DNA from: a virus
DNA length: 64,000 nt
IMG/VR virus record: IMGVR_UViG_3300045131_002298
Location: 1-64,000 of that record
Reading direction: 5' to 3' (one strand)
A model generated the notes under the pieces. That model was not told the DNA's origin. It saw only the letters and a list, made by a program, of their open reading frames with translations, and made no database searches. The stretch's first letter is position 1. Each line of letters opens with the position of its first letter. Positions 20,585 through 30,600 of this stretch are shown here, in pieces. The position numbers and the translations under genes were made by a program.

Positions 20585-22027
20585 TTATGTTGCTACAGTG
20601 ATTGTTATAGTTCCGATGGTTGTTATCTGCCCATGATCAGGATAAACATTAACTACTGCGTCGTCAAATTCTACCCACGAAACACCTGTAACTGCCATGA
20701 TGGTTGTGTGTAGACTACCTAGAGAGAATACCATGTTCACGTCATTGTTGTCAACGTGAAAATACGAATTGATTGCAGTAGTTACAGAAGAAATTACAGA
20801 CTCACTTGAATATCCGTAGTTAACTCCAATGCTACACGTAATATCTACTGGAACTTCTTCGGCATCCAGCAAAATATATCTACCAGACCATCCGCCCAGA
20901 CAAGCAATACTCGTGAGTTGCGCCATAATGGTATCATAAAGTGTGGAGCTCATTTCTCCTCCACCCTCTGGTACCACATAAATAACTACATACAAATGAG
21001 GCCACCTGTCAACGTCATTACGATCAATACACTCACAACGCTTCACCCCAGGAATACTCAATACAAGCGCTTCATAATCTTCTTTTGTAACAGCGCGTCT
21101 TTGAGTGCGCACAACTTTAGGAATACGTGTCCTAAAATCTTCAATGCTCTCTACACCAGCCCCACCAGTAGCAGAGGTTGTATTAGTTACAGTAACTAAA
21201 ACATCATATTCACCGTCAATACTTGTAATTGTGCCCGAACCTGTGTTTCCAGATGCTCCATCACACTTTATATATGACAACACATAAGAGGTGCCAGATA
21301 CCAAGCTCTTACCAACAGTGCCATTACCAATAGTAAAAAATACTGTGTCAGAAATCCCATTATAAAGATCAGCATAAACTTCAAGAGCAAAATGTTCATC
21401 ATCACTAAAAGATCTATAGAAACTTTCAACCTCTTCCCAAGTAATCAAGCTATTCTCTACAAAAGTAACACTATCAGCAGCCACCCCTGTTCCCATATTA
21501 TAATAGTAACGCCCTGTTTTCTGATCCAGTGTAAAGTCACTAATAGTAAGGGTCCTAGTGATACGCTCTCCCTGCGTAACAGTAATATCTTTATATGAAT
21601 CAGACACCTGCATTGTAACAGCGGTATTTAAGAGATAACCTGTTCCATCTGCTTTATAAAAACGCGCATCTGCAGGAATACTAATAACTCCAGTGTCGCC
21701 TACATTTCCAATGTTAACACTCTTCCTAGTTAATCTAACGGTAGCAATTGCTGCGTTTGGTAGTTTAGGAAGAAGATCAACAGACCGCGCAATATCAATA
21801 AGCGATTGCTTAAATTTTGCTGAGTGAATGAAAGACTCGGCAAACGCCTCATCTACATATAAAGACATGCTGTCTGTAGCACGAGAAATAAGACGAATCA
21901 AAGCCTGACCGGGATCGCTATAATTTTTATCAGTTAATTCAGGTACTTCCTGCTCTAATATAGATATAAGCCATTCAAACACGGCAGTGTAATCTCTTGC
22001 GGTAAAGGATGTGTAATAACTGGGCAT
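20585..22027 (-). CDS. Baseplate J-like wedge protein
   Basis: ATGGAGVESIEDFR..RAVTKEDYEALVLSIPGV. Confidence 0.9.
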   Translation of the reverse strand: MPSYYTSFTARDYTAVFEWLISILEQEVPELTDKNYSDPGQALIRLISRATDSMSLYVDEAFAESFIHSAKFKQSLIDIARSVDLLPKLPNAAIATVRLTRKSVNIGNVGDTGVISIPADARFYKADGTGYLLNTAVTMQVSDSYKDITVTQGERITRTLTISDFTLDQKTGRYYYNMGTGVAADSVTFVENSLITWEEVESFYRSFSDDEHFALEVYADLYNGISDTVFFTIGNGTVGKSLVSGTSYVLSYIKCDGASGNTGSGTITSIDGEYDVLVTVTNTTSATGGAGVESIEDFRTRIPKVVRTQRRAVTKEDYEALVLSIPGVKRCECIDRNDVDRWPHLYVVIYVVPEGGGEMSSTLYDTIMAQLTSIACLGGWSGRYILLDAEEVPVDITCSIGVNYGYSSESVISSVTTAINSYFHVDNNDVNMVFSLGSLHTTIMAVTGVSWVEFDDAVVNVYPDHGQITTIGTITITVAT

Positions 22028-22030
22028 AAA

Positions 22031-22894
22031 TTATCTCCTAGTATTAATAAGAAGAATCCGCTCTTTAGACGGAACTCTAAGTAATGTTCCTGTTTCAGGG
22101 AAATTATTAGGATTTAAGATATCTCTAGTTCCGCCCTCAATAGCTTTATCCTGGATATAACAGAGGTAGGGATAAAACCAATACCTAACTTCTCCAAGTA
22201 ATGCGTAAGAAATTAACATCCATGTATCAGCTGGCTTTATCATATAAAAAATATCATCAGGAGCAGGAGGAATATTTATGTTTCGTAGTATTCTAAGATA
22301 CTTTAAATCATTATTATAATATGCTGTTCTTTTATAATATCTACTTATTAAATCATGACCATTGTCGTCTATTACACTAGCAGGATATTCCTGAACACGA
22401 ACTTGTCTAACTGTAACAAAAGGAGTAACTAGATTCTTAGGGTGTTGCTGTGTTGCATACTCTATAGAAGCTACAACTGGCAATTCTCCCCTATCTGTTT
22501 GTAAGCCAGTTGGATACCACTGTACCCCATTTTCAGGATACTTTGCTCTTTTGTCCCATCTCTCAGTGGAAAATTTTAAGTAGGAGCTAAAAAGTAATTG
22601 AAATTCTACTGTATTGGGCTCAAATATTGCGAGAGCTGTTCGTGAGCCATACCAAGGAAGATTCGACCATTCTTTTTCATGCGTTAAAAGTATATTATAA
22701 ATAGACTCTGCTACATGATTAGTAGTGTCTTCTACATCACCTCTAATAGTCCATCGCTCTTGAATATATGCAACAGCCACTGATACAGAATCATAAAATC
22801 CCTCAGAAGTAGATATTCCATTTGTATTTCTATTAAGACGAAAAGGCCAAGATATGCCTTTCCCTAGAAAAGAGCCCGTACGACCTGTAGTCAT
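22031..22894 (-). CDS. gp25/GpW-like wedge protein fused to a LysM/GpX-like domain
   Basis: GKGISWPF, SIYNILLT..E....PWYGS....FEPN; C-terminal IKPADTWMLISY..LG...W...GTLLRVP. Confidence 0.75.
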   Translation of the reverse strand: MTTGRTGSFLGKGISWPFRLNRNTNGISTSEGFYDSVSVAVAYIQERWTIRGDVEDTTNHVAESIYNILLTHEKEWSNLPWYGSRTALAIFEPNTVEFQLLFSSYLKFSTERWDKRAKYPENGVQWYPTGLQTDRGELPVVASIEYATQQHPKNLVTPFVTVRQVRVQEYPASVIDDNGHDLISRYYKRTAYYNNDLKYLRILRNINIPPAPDDIFYMIKPADTWMLISYALLGEVRYWFYPYLCYIQDKAIEGGTRDILNPNNFPETGTLLRVPSKERILLINTRR

Positions 22895-23958
22895 TTACTA
22901 CACCTTTTTCCACTATTATTTAATTTACCTACATGAAATATTCTATCTTCTGTCATATTATTTTCTATCCTATATGCTAGAGCCTTAGCAGATATACCCA
23001 ATGCTCTAGACCATGCTTCGCGTGTCATAGTAATGTCATTGTGTGTAAGTAATACACTATTTTGTTTATTTGAATTCTGCTCTTTTATTGTTACCCACCT
23101 ACAATTATCAGGAGAATAGCCGCTGTTATTATTAATACGATCTAAAGTTAAACTATCCTTATAGCCAGAAACAAACGCCCACTCAACAAAACACTCATTA
23201 TTATTAAGCCATGCATCACATACAACAATACCCCGTCCTCCGTAGTTTTTGTACCCAACGCTACTACTATTATAGCATCTCTTTATTACACTAGATAAAA
23301 TATCTAGTAATCTAGCTCTTCCTTTGCGCGGATTTTTACTCTTTTGGACCGGATTAAATATATCAGCATGAGACCACCCAGCATCATACCTATACTTAAT
23401 TGTATTGCTTTTTATTCCAGAAATATTAGACCACTCCGATAAAGTTTTTTCTTCCCCTCCTATTGTTAAAAATGTATTTCTACTTGTATTTCTATTTTGC
23501 TGAGTAGAAGAACTCCATCTACAATTTTTGGGGGAATAATCTCCTTTATTATTAATTCTATCTATAGTTAATTCATTAGTATAACCATTATCTGAAGCCC
23601 AATTATAAAATACAACAAAATCTTCAAGCCATTCTTTACATACCTTTATTCCGCTGCCACCATACTTAAGATAATTTACACTTTTACGATCGTAACACCT
23701 TCTAATCATCCCACTATATATTGAATAACGTCTAGTGTGTGCTAGACCGTGCTTAAAATTTCTAGCAGTAGTTAACTCTCTATTTAAACAACCACACGAT
23801 CTAGAAATTTCTTTTAATAAACTCTGTTTAGCTACATTCTTCTCGTTGCCACAGTCACATTTACAGCGGTAATAATGAGCAGATCCTCTGTTTTCTACAC
23901 GTTCTATTACAATCCATCTACCAAATCTCTGCCCTGTTAAATCAACAAATTTTCCCAT
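22891..23958 (-). CDS. HNH homing endonuclease with tandem duplicated nuclease domains
   Basis: Two YGG.GI..C..W...LT(I/L)DRINN..YSP.NCRW units. Confidence 0.9.
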   Translation of the reverse strand: MGKFVDLTGQRFGRWIVIERVENRGSAHYYRCKCDCGNEKNVAKQSLLKEISRSCGCLNRELTTARNFKHGLAHTRRYSIYSGMIRRCYDRKSVNYLKYGGSGIKVCKEWLEDFVVFYNWASDNGYTNELTIDRINNKGDYSPKNCRWSSSTQQNRNTSRNTFLTIGGEEKTLSEWSNISGIKSNTIKYRYDAGWSHADIFNPVQKSKNPRKGRARLLDILSSVIKRCYNSSSVGYKNYGGRGIVVCDAWLNNNECFVEWAFVSGYKDSLTLDRINNNSGYSPDNCRWVTIKEQNSNKQNSVLLTHNDITMTREAWSRALGISAKALAYRIENNMTEDRIFHVGKLNNSGKRCSK

Positions 23959-23983
23959 AATTATTGTCTCCTACAATATGTTG

Positions 23984-24062
23984 CTCCTGTGTTTTGTTTT
24001 AATTGCTGGCAGGCGGTTCAGGAGAATCCCCGCTTTCGAGTGGCCTACCCTAGCCAGCAATT
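23984..24062 (-). ncRNA. c4-like three-way-junction RNA leader upstream of an HNH gene
   Basis: P1 AATTGCTGGC/GCCAGCAATT, P2 GGGT-AGGCC-ACTC, P3 loop CTCCTG complementary to downstream CAGGAG (23984-23989). Confidence 0.6.
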
Positions 24063-24063
24063 T

Positions 24064-24079
24064 TTGCAATCAATTGCAA
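24064..24079 (+). repeat. 16-bp site, copy 2
   Basis: TTGCAATCAATTGCAA. Confidence 0.9.
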
Positions 24080-24165
24080 ATCATTCTATGTTTCCAGTAT
24101 AAACCTATTGTTCACTTTATGCAAGTATATTCGTGTTATTATCATATCTTTTGGGCGGCAAAAAT

Positions 24166-24181
24166 TTGCAATCAATTGCAA
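24166..24181 (+). repeat. 16-bp site, copy 3
   Basis: TTGCAATCAATTGCAA. Confidence 0.9.
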
Positions 24182-24182
24182 A

Positions 24183-24998
24183 TCAAGAAGGCTGCACAAT
24201 ACCATAGATGTCTATATTAGTGACGCCTGCATACCCAGCTGATCCGTTGTAAACTGCCATGATAACACCTTCTAATCCTCCACCACTTCCCTCTAAACCA
24301 GTGCCCCCACAATCAGGACATGGAGTTACCACTGTAGCTCCGGCAGGTATCTTTATCACATTCCTAGAGCAATCAAACACTGCAATATCATTTGCAGCAA
24401 AGGTCCCCAAACTAGAAATATACTCAACTGTGAAAGTCCTGTTGTTTCCATTATCTACCTGTGAGAGCAATTTGAAGAAAACAAAAACATCTGCATCGGT
24501 ATCCTTAGTAAAAGCGATATTATCGCCTCCACCCAAGACATTGAAAACAGGTGTTGCATCGTCTCCCGTACTATCAGTCTCACTGACGAAGATAGAGGTC
24601 ACTAATTCTGGATTAGTGTTGTTCATACGAAACAGGCTGTTGGATGCAAAAGCTATAGCTGTAACTGACCCATCTGGATTAGTAGTTGAAGAAGAGGCGA
24701 CAAAATCTACAATAGTAGCATCATACTTAAATGTTAGTTCATAAGGAGCTGCCTCATATACTGTTCCACTTCCTGAAGCATCACTCCGAGAACCGCCCCC
24801 ACCTCCGCCAGAACCACCACCGGCAGCGCCAGAGCCGCCACAAGAAGAGCAACTGTCAGAATAAGGGGTCATTGCTTGTTGACACGATGCATTACATTCA
24901 GATTGATAACTACAGCACTGTCCTGTAATTTCTTTTTGATTTCCGCCCCCACAACCAGAAGATACCGCCGCTGAACATGCGGCTGCTGAACATCCCAT
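24183..24998 (-). CDS. Cys/Gly-rich baseplate spike-region protein
   Basis: Follows the gp5-like genes; Cys-rich N-terminus; CPDCGGTG motif. Confidence 0.5.
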   Translation of the reverse strand: MGCSAAACSAAVSSGCGGGNQKEITGQCCSYQSECNASCQQAMTPYSDSCSSCGGSGAAGGGSGGGGGGSRSDASGSGTVYEAAPYELTFKYDATIVDFVASSSTTNPDGSVTAIAFASNSLFRMNNTNPELVTSIFVSETDSTGDDATPVFNVLGGGDNIAFTKDTDADVFVFFKLLSQVDNGNNRTFTVEYISSLGTFAANDIAVFDCSRNVIKIPAGATVVTPCPDCGGTGLEGSGGGLEGVIMAVYNGSAGYAGVTNIDIYGIVQPS

Positions 24999-25013
24999 TA
25001 TCTATTCTCCTGC

Positions 25014-25556
25014 CTAGGCCCCATAAGTTTTGACACTAACACTACCGCCGCCTTTATTGGTTTCCTGTATCAAATGATATGTAGAAGTAATTTTAGCTGC
25101 ATTTCCGTGAACAATTAATTCAGTGCCTTTACTATAGAGAGCTACAAAGCCATCAGTAATAAGTATACCATTTTGACCATCACCAGTAGCCATAAGTATT
25201 GTAGGTTTTCTGCCGCCTCCGCTATCAAAAGACATACCAGTCCCATCTGGATTACTTACCTTGATAAAAGAAGGCTTACTAACATCTGCAGTACCAGAAG
25301 CAAAATGCTTTGTACCTCGTTCCTCACTTGGGGGACTCTTACCGTTACCTAAACCACTTTTAGAGGGAGAAGATATAAATAGACCCTGACCTAAATTTCC
25401 TACAAGTGTAGTAATACAATTTTTCTCCCCACGTATAGAGACTAAACCTGCTCCACCTGTATCTGTAAATGCTATCATATTAGGAGGTCCTAGTGGTCCT
25501 TCTTTTTGAAATGCATTTCCTACTTCATGATGAGTATTTAATTTTTTTACAGCCAT
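25014..25556 (-). CDS. Putative spike beta-helix fragment (gp5/VgrG-like)
   Basis: Beta-strand-rich; directly follows the OB-fold gene. Confidence 0.45.
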   Translation of the reverse strand: MAVKKLNTHHEVGNAFQKEGPLGPPNMIAFTDTGGAGLVSIRGEKNCITTLVGNLGQGLFISSPSKSGLGNGKSPPSEERGTKHFASGTADVSKPSFIKVSNPDGTGMSFDSGGGRKPTILMATGDGQNGILITDGFVALYSKGTELIVHGNAAKITSTYHLIQETNKGGGSVSVKTYGA

Positions 25557-25558
25557 GT

Positions 25559-25897
25559 CTATTCCGTAGCTTTCTCATTCATAGTAGCATGGCTAGCCAT
25601 AAATACTGGCTTATCCATATTACCCCCAGGGAAAAAAATATATCCATACGTTCCTGGTTTAGCAGGATTATGGAGTCCTGTTTGTTTTCTACTCTTTTCA
25701 TCGTTACCTATATTACTGTTAGCACACGGTATCCAATTAGTAGATGCTTTTTTTCCAAACAATGCTGGACACTTACATTTTACTTTACCATCCCCATCCG
25801 GGGCTTCTACATCCTCTACTTTTGTAGGATGCATAGTACACGCCTGAATAATATGTAACGTAGTATTAGGCATACCCATATATCTATCTATACTCAT
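25559..25897 (-). CDS. gp5/VgrG-like OB-fold baseplate spike domain
   Basis: KVEDVEAPDGDGKVKCKCPALF...NW...P..G...I.FPGGNMDKPV. Confidence 0.7.
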   Translation of the reverse strand: MSIDRYMGMPNTTLHIIQACTMHPTKVEDVEAPDGDGKVKCKCPALFGKKASTNWIPCANSNIGNDEKSRKQTGLHNPAKPGTYGYIFFPGGNMDKPVFMASHATMNEKATE

Positions 25898-25900
25898 ATT

Positions 25901-26200
25901 CTAATCTCCTGTAACAATACTTCCCCCTCCGTCTATACTTGGTTCTCTATTTCCAGTGGCATACTTCATTTTTAGAACATCTTTTTTATCCTCGGGATAT
26001 TCACTCTCTCCAGTGCTAGCCGCTCTTTCTCCCACTTTTCCGTCTTTCTTATAAAGAAATTTAATCACATATTTCCCGTCCCCATAATTAAAAGTGGCCT
26101 GAGGAGGATCGTCTAATTTTCGTGGCCCCAGATATACAGTATTTGGCTTAGTCAATTCCGAATATACTACAGTAGGGCCTGTATCACTTGCTTCTCCCAT
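25901..26200 (-). CDS. Hypothetical baseplate hub-region protein
   Basis: Position in the operon only. Confidence 0.5.
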   Translation of the reverse strand: MGEASDTGPTVVYSELTKPNTVYLGPRKLDDPPQATFNYGDGKYVIKFLYKKDGKVGERAASTGESEYPEDKKDVLKMKYATGNREPSIDGGGSIVTGD

Positions 26201-26218
26201 ATCTATTTTCCTTATGTT

Positions 26219-26608
26219 CTAGGGTTGTCCTGTATCGTCATTGTCACCCGCTCCCCCTCCTCCTTGTCCTCCACCCCCGCCTCCTTTTCCTTTCATTAAC
26301 TGTGCGTTAGTTAGATAACCGTGCTCAACATGCCATTGTTGAACTACTGTCTTACAGTACCATACACCTGAACCTTTACCTACTCCTGTTACCTCCACTG
26401 TAGTTTTAGCCTTTAAAAGAGGGTATCCTCTAAGAACTAGCACTGCGGTTTCCTTACAATTTCCTGCCGCTTTGCCTGCATTTCCCAGGGCTTGTGCATC
26501 CGCCGCTTTTTCCGGAGTATGATCATTATGAGCATCACTCTTGGTGCCTAATGCTACGTTAATGTCTTCAGTATTTAAATTTACATTTGTATTACTGGCA
26601 TCTGGCAT
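26219..26608 (-). CDS. Baseplate hub (gpD-like), C-terminal fragment
   Basis: GYPLLKAKTTVEVTGVG..SGVWY...V....GYLT motif. Confidence 0.65.
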   Translation of the reverse strand: MPDASNTNVNLNTEDINVALGTKSDAHNDHTPEKAADAQALGNAGKAAGNCKETAVLVLRGYPLLKAKTTVEVTGVGKGSGVWYCKTVVQQWHVEHGYLTNAQLMKGKGGGGGGQGGGGAGDNDDTGQP

Positions 26609-26616
26609 TATACATC

Positions 26617-26802
26617 TTACCCATTACCTGTTCTGTTAGCTAAATATTCTATCCATTGTCTTGAACTATAATTTGCAGCCGTAAAACCGCCTGTTTTCAT
26701 TTTAGTGGGCTTTAGTCCCTTGCCTTTTTCTAAAGTAAGCCCCTTCTTTTTAAGAATTTCCTCTATTAATTGTACTGTATCTTTACCTTTAGGATTAGCC
26801 AT
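26617..26802 (-). CDS. Small protein, probable middle fragment of the gpD-like hub
   Basis: TVQLIEEILKKKGL...EYLANRTG resembles the hub middle domain. Confidence 0.5.
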   Translation of the reverse strand: MANPKGKDTVQLIEEILKKKGLTLEKGKGLKPTKMKTGGFTAANYSSRQWIEYLANRTGNG

Positions 26803-26822
26803 TAATGTTCTCCTTGATACTT

Positions 26823-27185
26823 TTATGGCTGTCCAGTATCATCACTGTCGCCATCTCCCCCACTTTTATGATTGTCGCCCTCTGTTTTCGTAGATAGATC
26901 ATCTTGTCCTATAACTTTTATATAATCGTGTTCTCCTTCTACACAATAAGACTCCTCCATTTTTACTATTTCCATAGCAATCTTCTCACCCATATTACCT
27001 ACATAACCAAATATAATTTCTACTTTCTGCCCCGTATCAAATTTACTTGATAATTTCTGATCGGGATTTCTCATACTTACTTCTAATATAGATTTTTTTT
27101 CAGAATCAGTAAGTTTCCACTCCCAAACGTATTTAGTTACTTGCTCTCCATTAACTGTAATAATAAAATCTGGATCTATACTCAT
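26823..27185 (-). CDS. Baseplate hub (gpD-like), N-terminal fragment
   Basis: PDFIITVNGEQVT...NPD...GQKVEIIFGY. Confidence 0.65.
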   Translation of the reverse strand: MSIDPDFIITVNGEQVTKYVWEWKLTDSEKKSILEVSMRNPDQKLSSKFDTGQKVEIIFGYVGNMGEKIAMEIVKMEESYCVEGEHDYIKVIGQDDLSTKTEGDNHKSGGDGDSDDTGQP

Positions 27186-27188
27186 AGT

Positions 27189-27650
27189 TTACTCTTCATC
27201 TAAATATTCTTCTACAGTCACCAAAGCCTCTGAAGAGGTGGGGAGAAGATTTATTGGATCATAGAACTCAATATTTTGGAACTTAACATCCCTCACAATA
27301 CATTTCAAATTTAAATAAGCTCCTAATATTAATTGAGCTAGAGGAGGTCTCTTCACCGTTCCCCCTGCAGTAGGCTTTGTATACTCCATTATCTGGTCCT
27401 GAACCATCATCACAAAATTAGGGGCATTATTAGAGCGTGATATAGTAAAGGGAAACATATAAATTTTAGCTTCCCCACATCCATACTGCTGAAAAGGCTG
27501 TTCTCTTCCTGCAACCTTCAAATGATTCCACTTTATCTTCTTGTCCTGCACCACAGAACTGGGATTCCATTGAAAAGTTATTACTGATGCCTCTCCATCC
27601 AGAGGAATTAACATGCCCCTAGTAAAAATAGTATCTGCTGAATCATACAT
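27189..27650 (-). CDS. Tail tube initiator (CIS tube/GpU-like)
   Basis: FQWNPSSV..K...W....AGRE.P.QQY, RPP, L.P. Confidence 0.75.
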   Translation of the reverse strand: MYDSADTIFTRGMLIPLDGEASVITFQWNPSSVVQDKKIKWNHLKVAGREQPFQQYGCGEAKIYMFPFTISRSNNAPNFVMMVQDQIMEYTKPTAGGTVKRPPLAQLILGAYLNLKCIVRDVKFQNIEFYDPINLLPTSSEALVTVEEYLDEE

Positions 27651-27663
27651 TATTTATATATTC

Positions 27664-30600
27664 CTACATCTGGATTTGTGGCACAGCGCCCGGTGCGTTA
27701 GTAGGACTAGCCCCTCCAGGATCTAATGTTGTTCTCTTAACATACCCATCTGCATTATGTATCTCTATATTAATAGGACTACCCCCAGTATTACTAGGAG
27801 ACATTGAGGTAGCTTCTGTAAAAGCATCCTTGACTCCTTGTTTTATAGCCTGGACAAAAGAATCCATACCTTGTAGCGCCCCATATAATCCTCCACCTAC
27901 ATCTGCCGCTATTCCTCCTGGTCCTTTCTCATTAGCAGTATTAACCCAGTCATACCCGCCTTTTACTTTCTTATCATAAGGATTATAGGGATAAGCTTTT
28001 TGATCCCAAGGATCGTAAGACATTCCAGATAGATCATCTTTATGAGGGGAGGGGGCGGCTGGAGATTCTCCTACTTTTTGCTGCTCCCCATATCCAACTG
28101 GACCCGGTCCTTTTTCTACCGGCTTCTTGCCTTGCATTTTATCTACGGTTGTTTGAGAAGGAATACCATGAGCAGAAGACCCTTGGATATTAGGGTATAA
28201 ATCTTTTGACGAAAAATAGTCTTTTGGAAGATCAGGGTAAAAGTCTTGTAATTTTTGAACATCCGTCCATCCCGCGCTATACTTACCACTAGGTATCCTA
28301 CCTAATAACCCCTCAACTATTTTATCTTTAGCACCATATACAGTACTACCTAGGGGACCACCTGTAAACAATCCATCCTTAGTTACCTTTCCTAGTCGCG
28401 CATAATCCTCCATTAATTTTATTGTTTTTAATATCTCGGCTTTATCCCCAGATTTCACAGCACTTCCTAGATTAGATGCGACAGTTTTTGTCAAAAGTCT
28501 TTTAGCGGCCCAAGCAAAAAACTTATCCGCCCCTATCTCTTTAGAAAGAACGCTCATGTAAGCGGTACCAGCAGAGGCCATCTCACTCAATCTACCAGAA
28601 GGGGTATCAAGTCCTTTTTTACTTTCATCTAAAGCCTTATTAACTAACGTAGGATTGAGCTCTTCAGCGTGTACTGCCGCCATCTCTCTCTGTCTATTAT
28701 TTATCATATCCTGTCTAGAATCAGAAGCAATCATTTGTCTCATGACAACATCTGCTTCTTTTCCTACCATAGCCCCGCCACGTCCTGATTTCTGTATCCA
28801 CAAAGACTGCTTAGAAAGATCACTAATGAGTCCTAATTGTTCAGCCTTATCCCCCGAGTGCAAAATTCTTGATATTCTATTTTTCTCAGATGCCAACATC
28901 TCATACCCAGGACTGGGAACAGCTACTTTTGTTCCATTGGGGCCTTTCTTAGTTTTCTGAGTCCAGAAACCCCTAGCAAACATCTCTTTTGGCATAGCCT
29001 TACCTTTAAAGCCCATGGTCTCAGCATTCTTCATGTATTGTCTGGTGATCAGGCTAAGCTTAGCCATTTTTGTCAAATTCTCACCAGCGAAAAAGTTACG
29101 CATATAAGAGCCCGCTTGTTCTGGCGTTGCACCTCTACTTATATAATGAGCCCCAAAAGCCTCAGATTCACCTGGAGACCATCTCAAACCATCCTGATTG
29201 GTTGGTCCTGCATATCTATTGTATGTAGCTAAATCATGGCCCTGTACACTAGACTGTTGCGTTATAGTTGCTCTTGCCCCCATAACAGAAGGCAAAACCT
29301 CAAAAAAGTCTTTACCTTTATATTGAGCATAGTTCTGCATAGCCATCATGGTAGCTCTAGGTATATCTACAGCAGCCTTTTTAGGGTCTTCCATAGCTAT
29401 ACCGGAGTATGCCTGCAGCTGTTCTGTGGCTTGCTCAAATTTGTAAGCATTTGCGTTGTTATAAGGAACTTCCGCAGAACTTATCAACATCTTATGTGTA
29501 TCGATAAGTTCTTGAGTTCTTAAAAAAGGCTGCGCTCCAGCAGCGGTATAAGCCCACCTACTAGTAGACGCCTTCTGCTCTTGTCCTAGGCCAACTCCAG
29601 TTAAAGCATGTATAGACCTATCAGTATAAGGATCACCTCCTACTAATCTAGCTGCAGTGTATGCTACACCACCTATAACAGGGGCCACTACTCCCCAAGT
29701 ACCAGCATGCCAGAATTGTTGGCCTACTTGCTTTCTTGCTTCTGTCGCTTTAGTTCTAGCCCATCCTTTTTTCTGCTGCCCCTCCCCATGAGTTGCGCCT
29801 GAAGAACCAGGAGAGACACTAGAAGCCCCGCGCGCTCCTCTACTACCAGGAGGCGGCTCCCCTCCTCCTCCCCCTTCAATATTATGTCCACCGCCTATTC
29901 CACCAACAGAAACACCCCCGCTACCTACTCCTGCTCCACTAAATCCTGAAGATGCCGCTGAGCCAGACATAGAGGAACCAGCCGTATGAAAATTAGTCCA
30001 GGGGGCAGCTGCTTTTATAATAGGAGCAAAAGCTTGAGAAGCTACTTTAGATATATCAGTAAAAGTCTTTTTAATATCTTCAAGAGCATGGGCTAGAGGC
30101 CCGCTCTTCATGTTAGCTATGCCCTGCTCTAATATTCTCTTATTTTCAAATTTTTGTGCGGCGCTCACACTAGTATGTGTAGTGTTTACATTAGGAACAA
30201 CGTTACTTGTAGGAAAAGAAGGACCCATTGAAGGCTCAGGGGGCTTCTGAATAAAACCTCGTCTATCCCTAAAATGACCTGAGTCATAAGGATGTTGCGC
30301 TCCTGACGTAAACGACCTTCCTGTATAATGAGGATTTATATGAGAAGACGCTGCCGGGGTAAACTGAGAAGACCCTATCTGTGTAACAGATGCGGGATAT
30401 TCCTCTGCCCGCCATCCCTGATTAGCTGCTTTTCCTTGTTTCACCCTCAGTGCTAAAGCGTCTACGCTTTTAGTGCCTATACTTTTTACTCGTATATTAT
30501 CATTGTGACTAGGTCTTACATTATTTTTTATAGAAGTAGAATCAGTATAAAGATCATCACCAGTAAGAGACGCGGTAGTTTTTCTGAGAGGAGGAACTAT

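Noticed and set aside
23978-24220. Small ORFs containing CNQLQ (also 31951-32292)
   Set aside because: Translation artefacts of the 16-bp site in intergenic or antisense DNA
981-24928. Numerous + strand ORFs within the structural arm
   Set aside because: Antisense shadows of well-supported minus-strand genes
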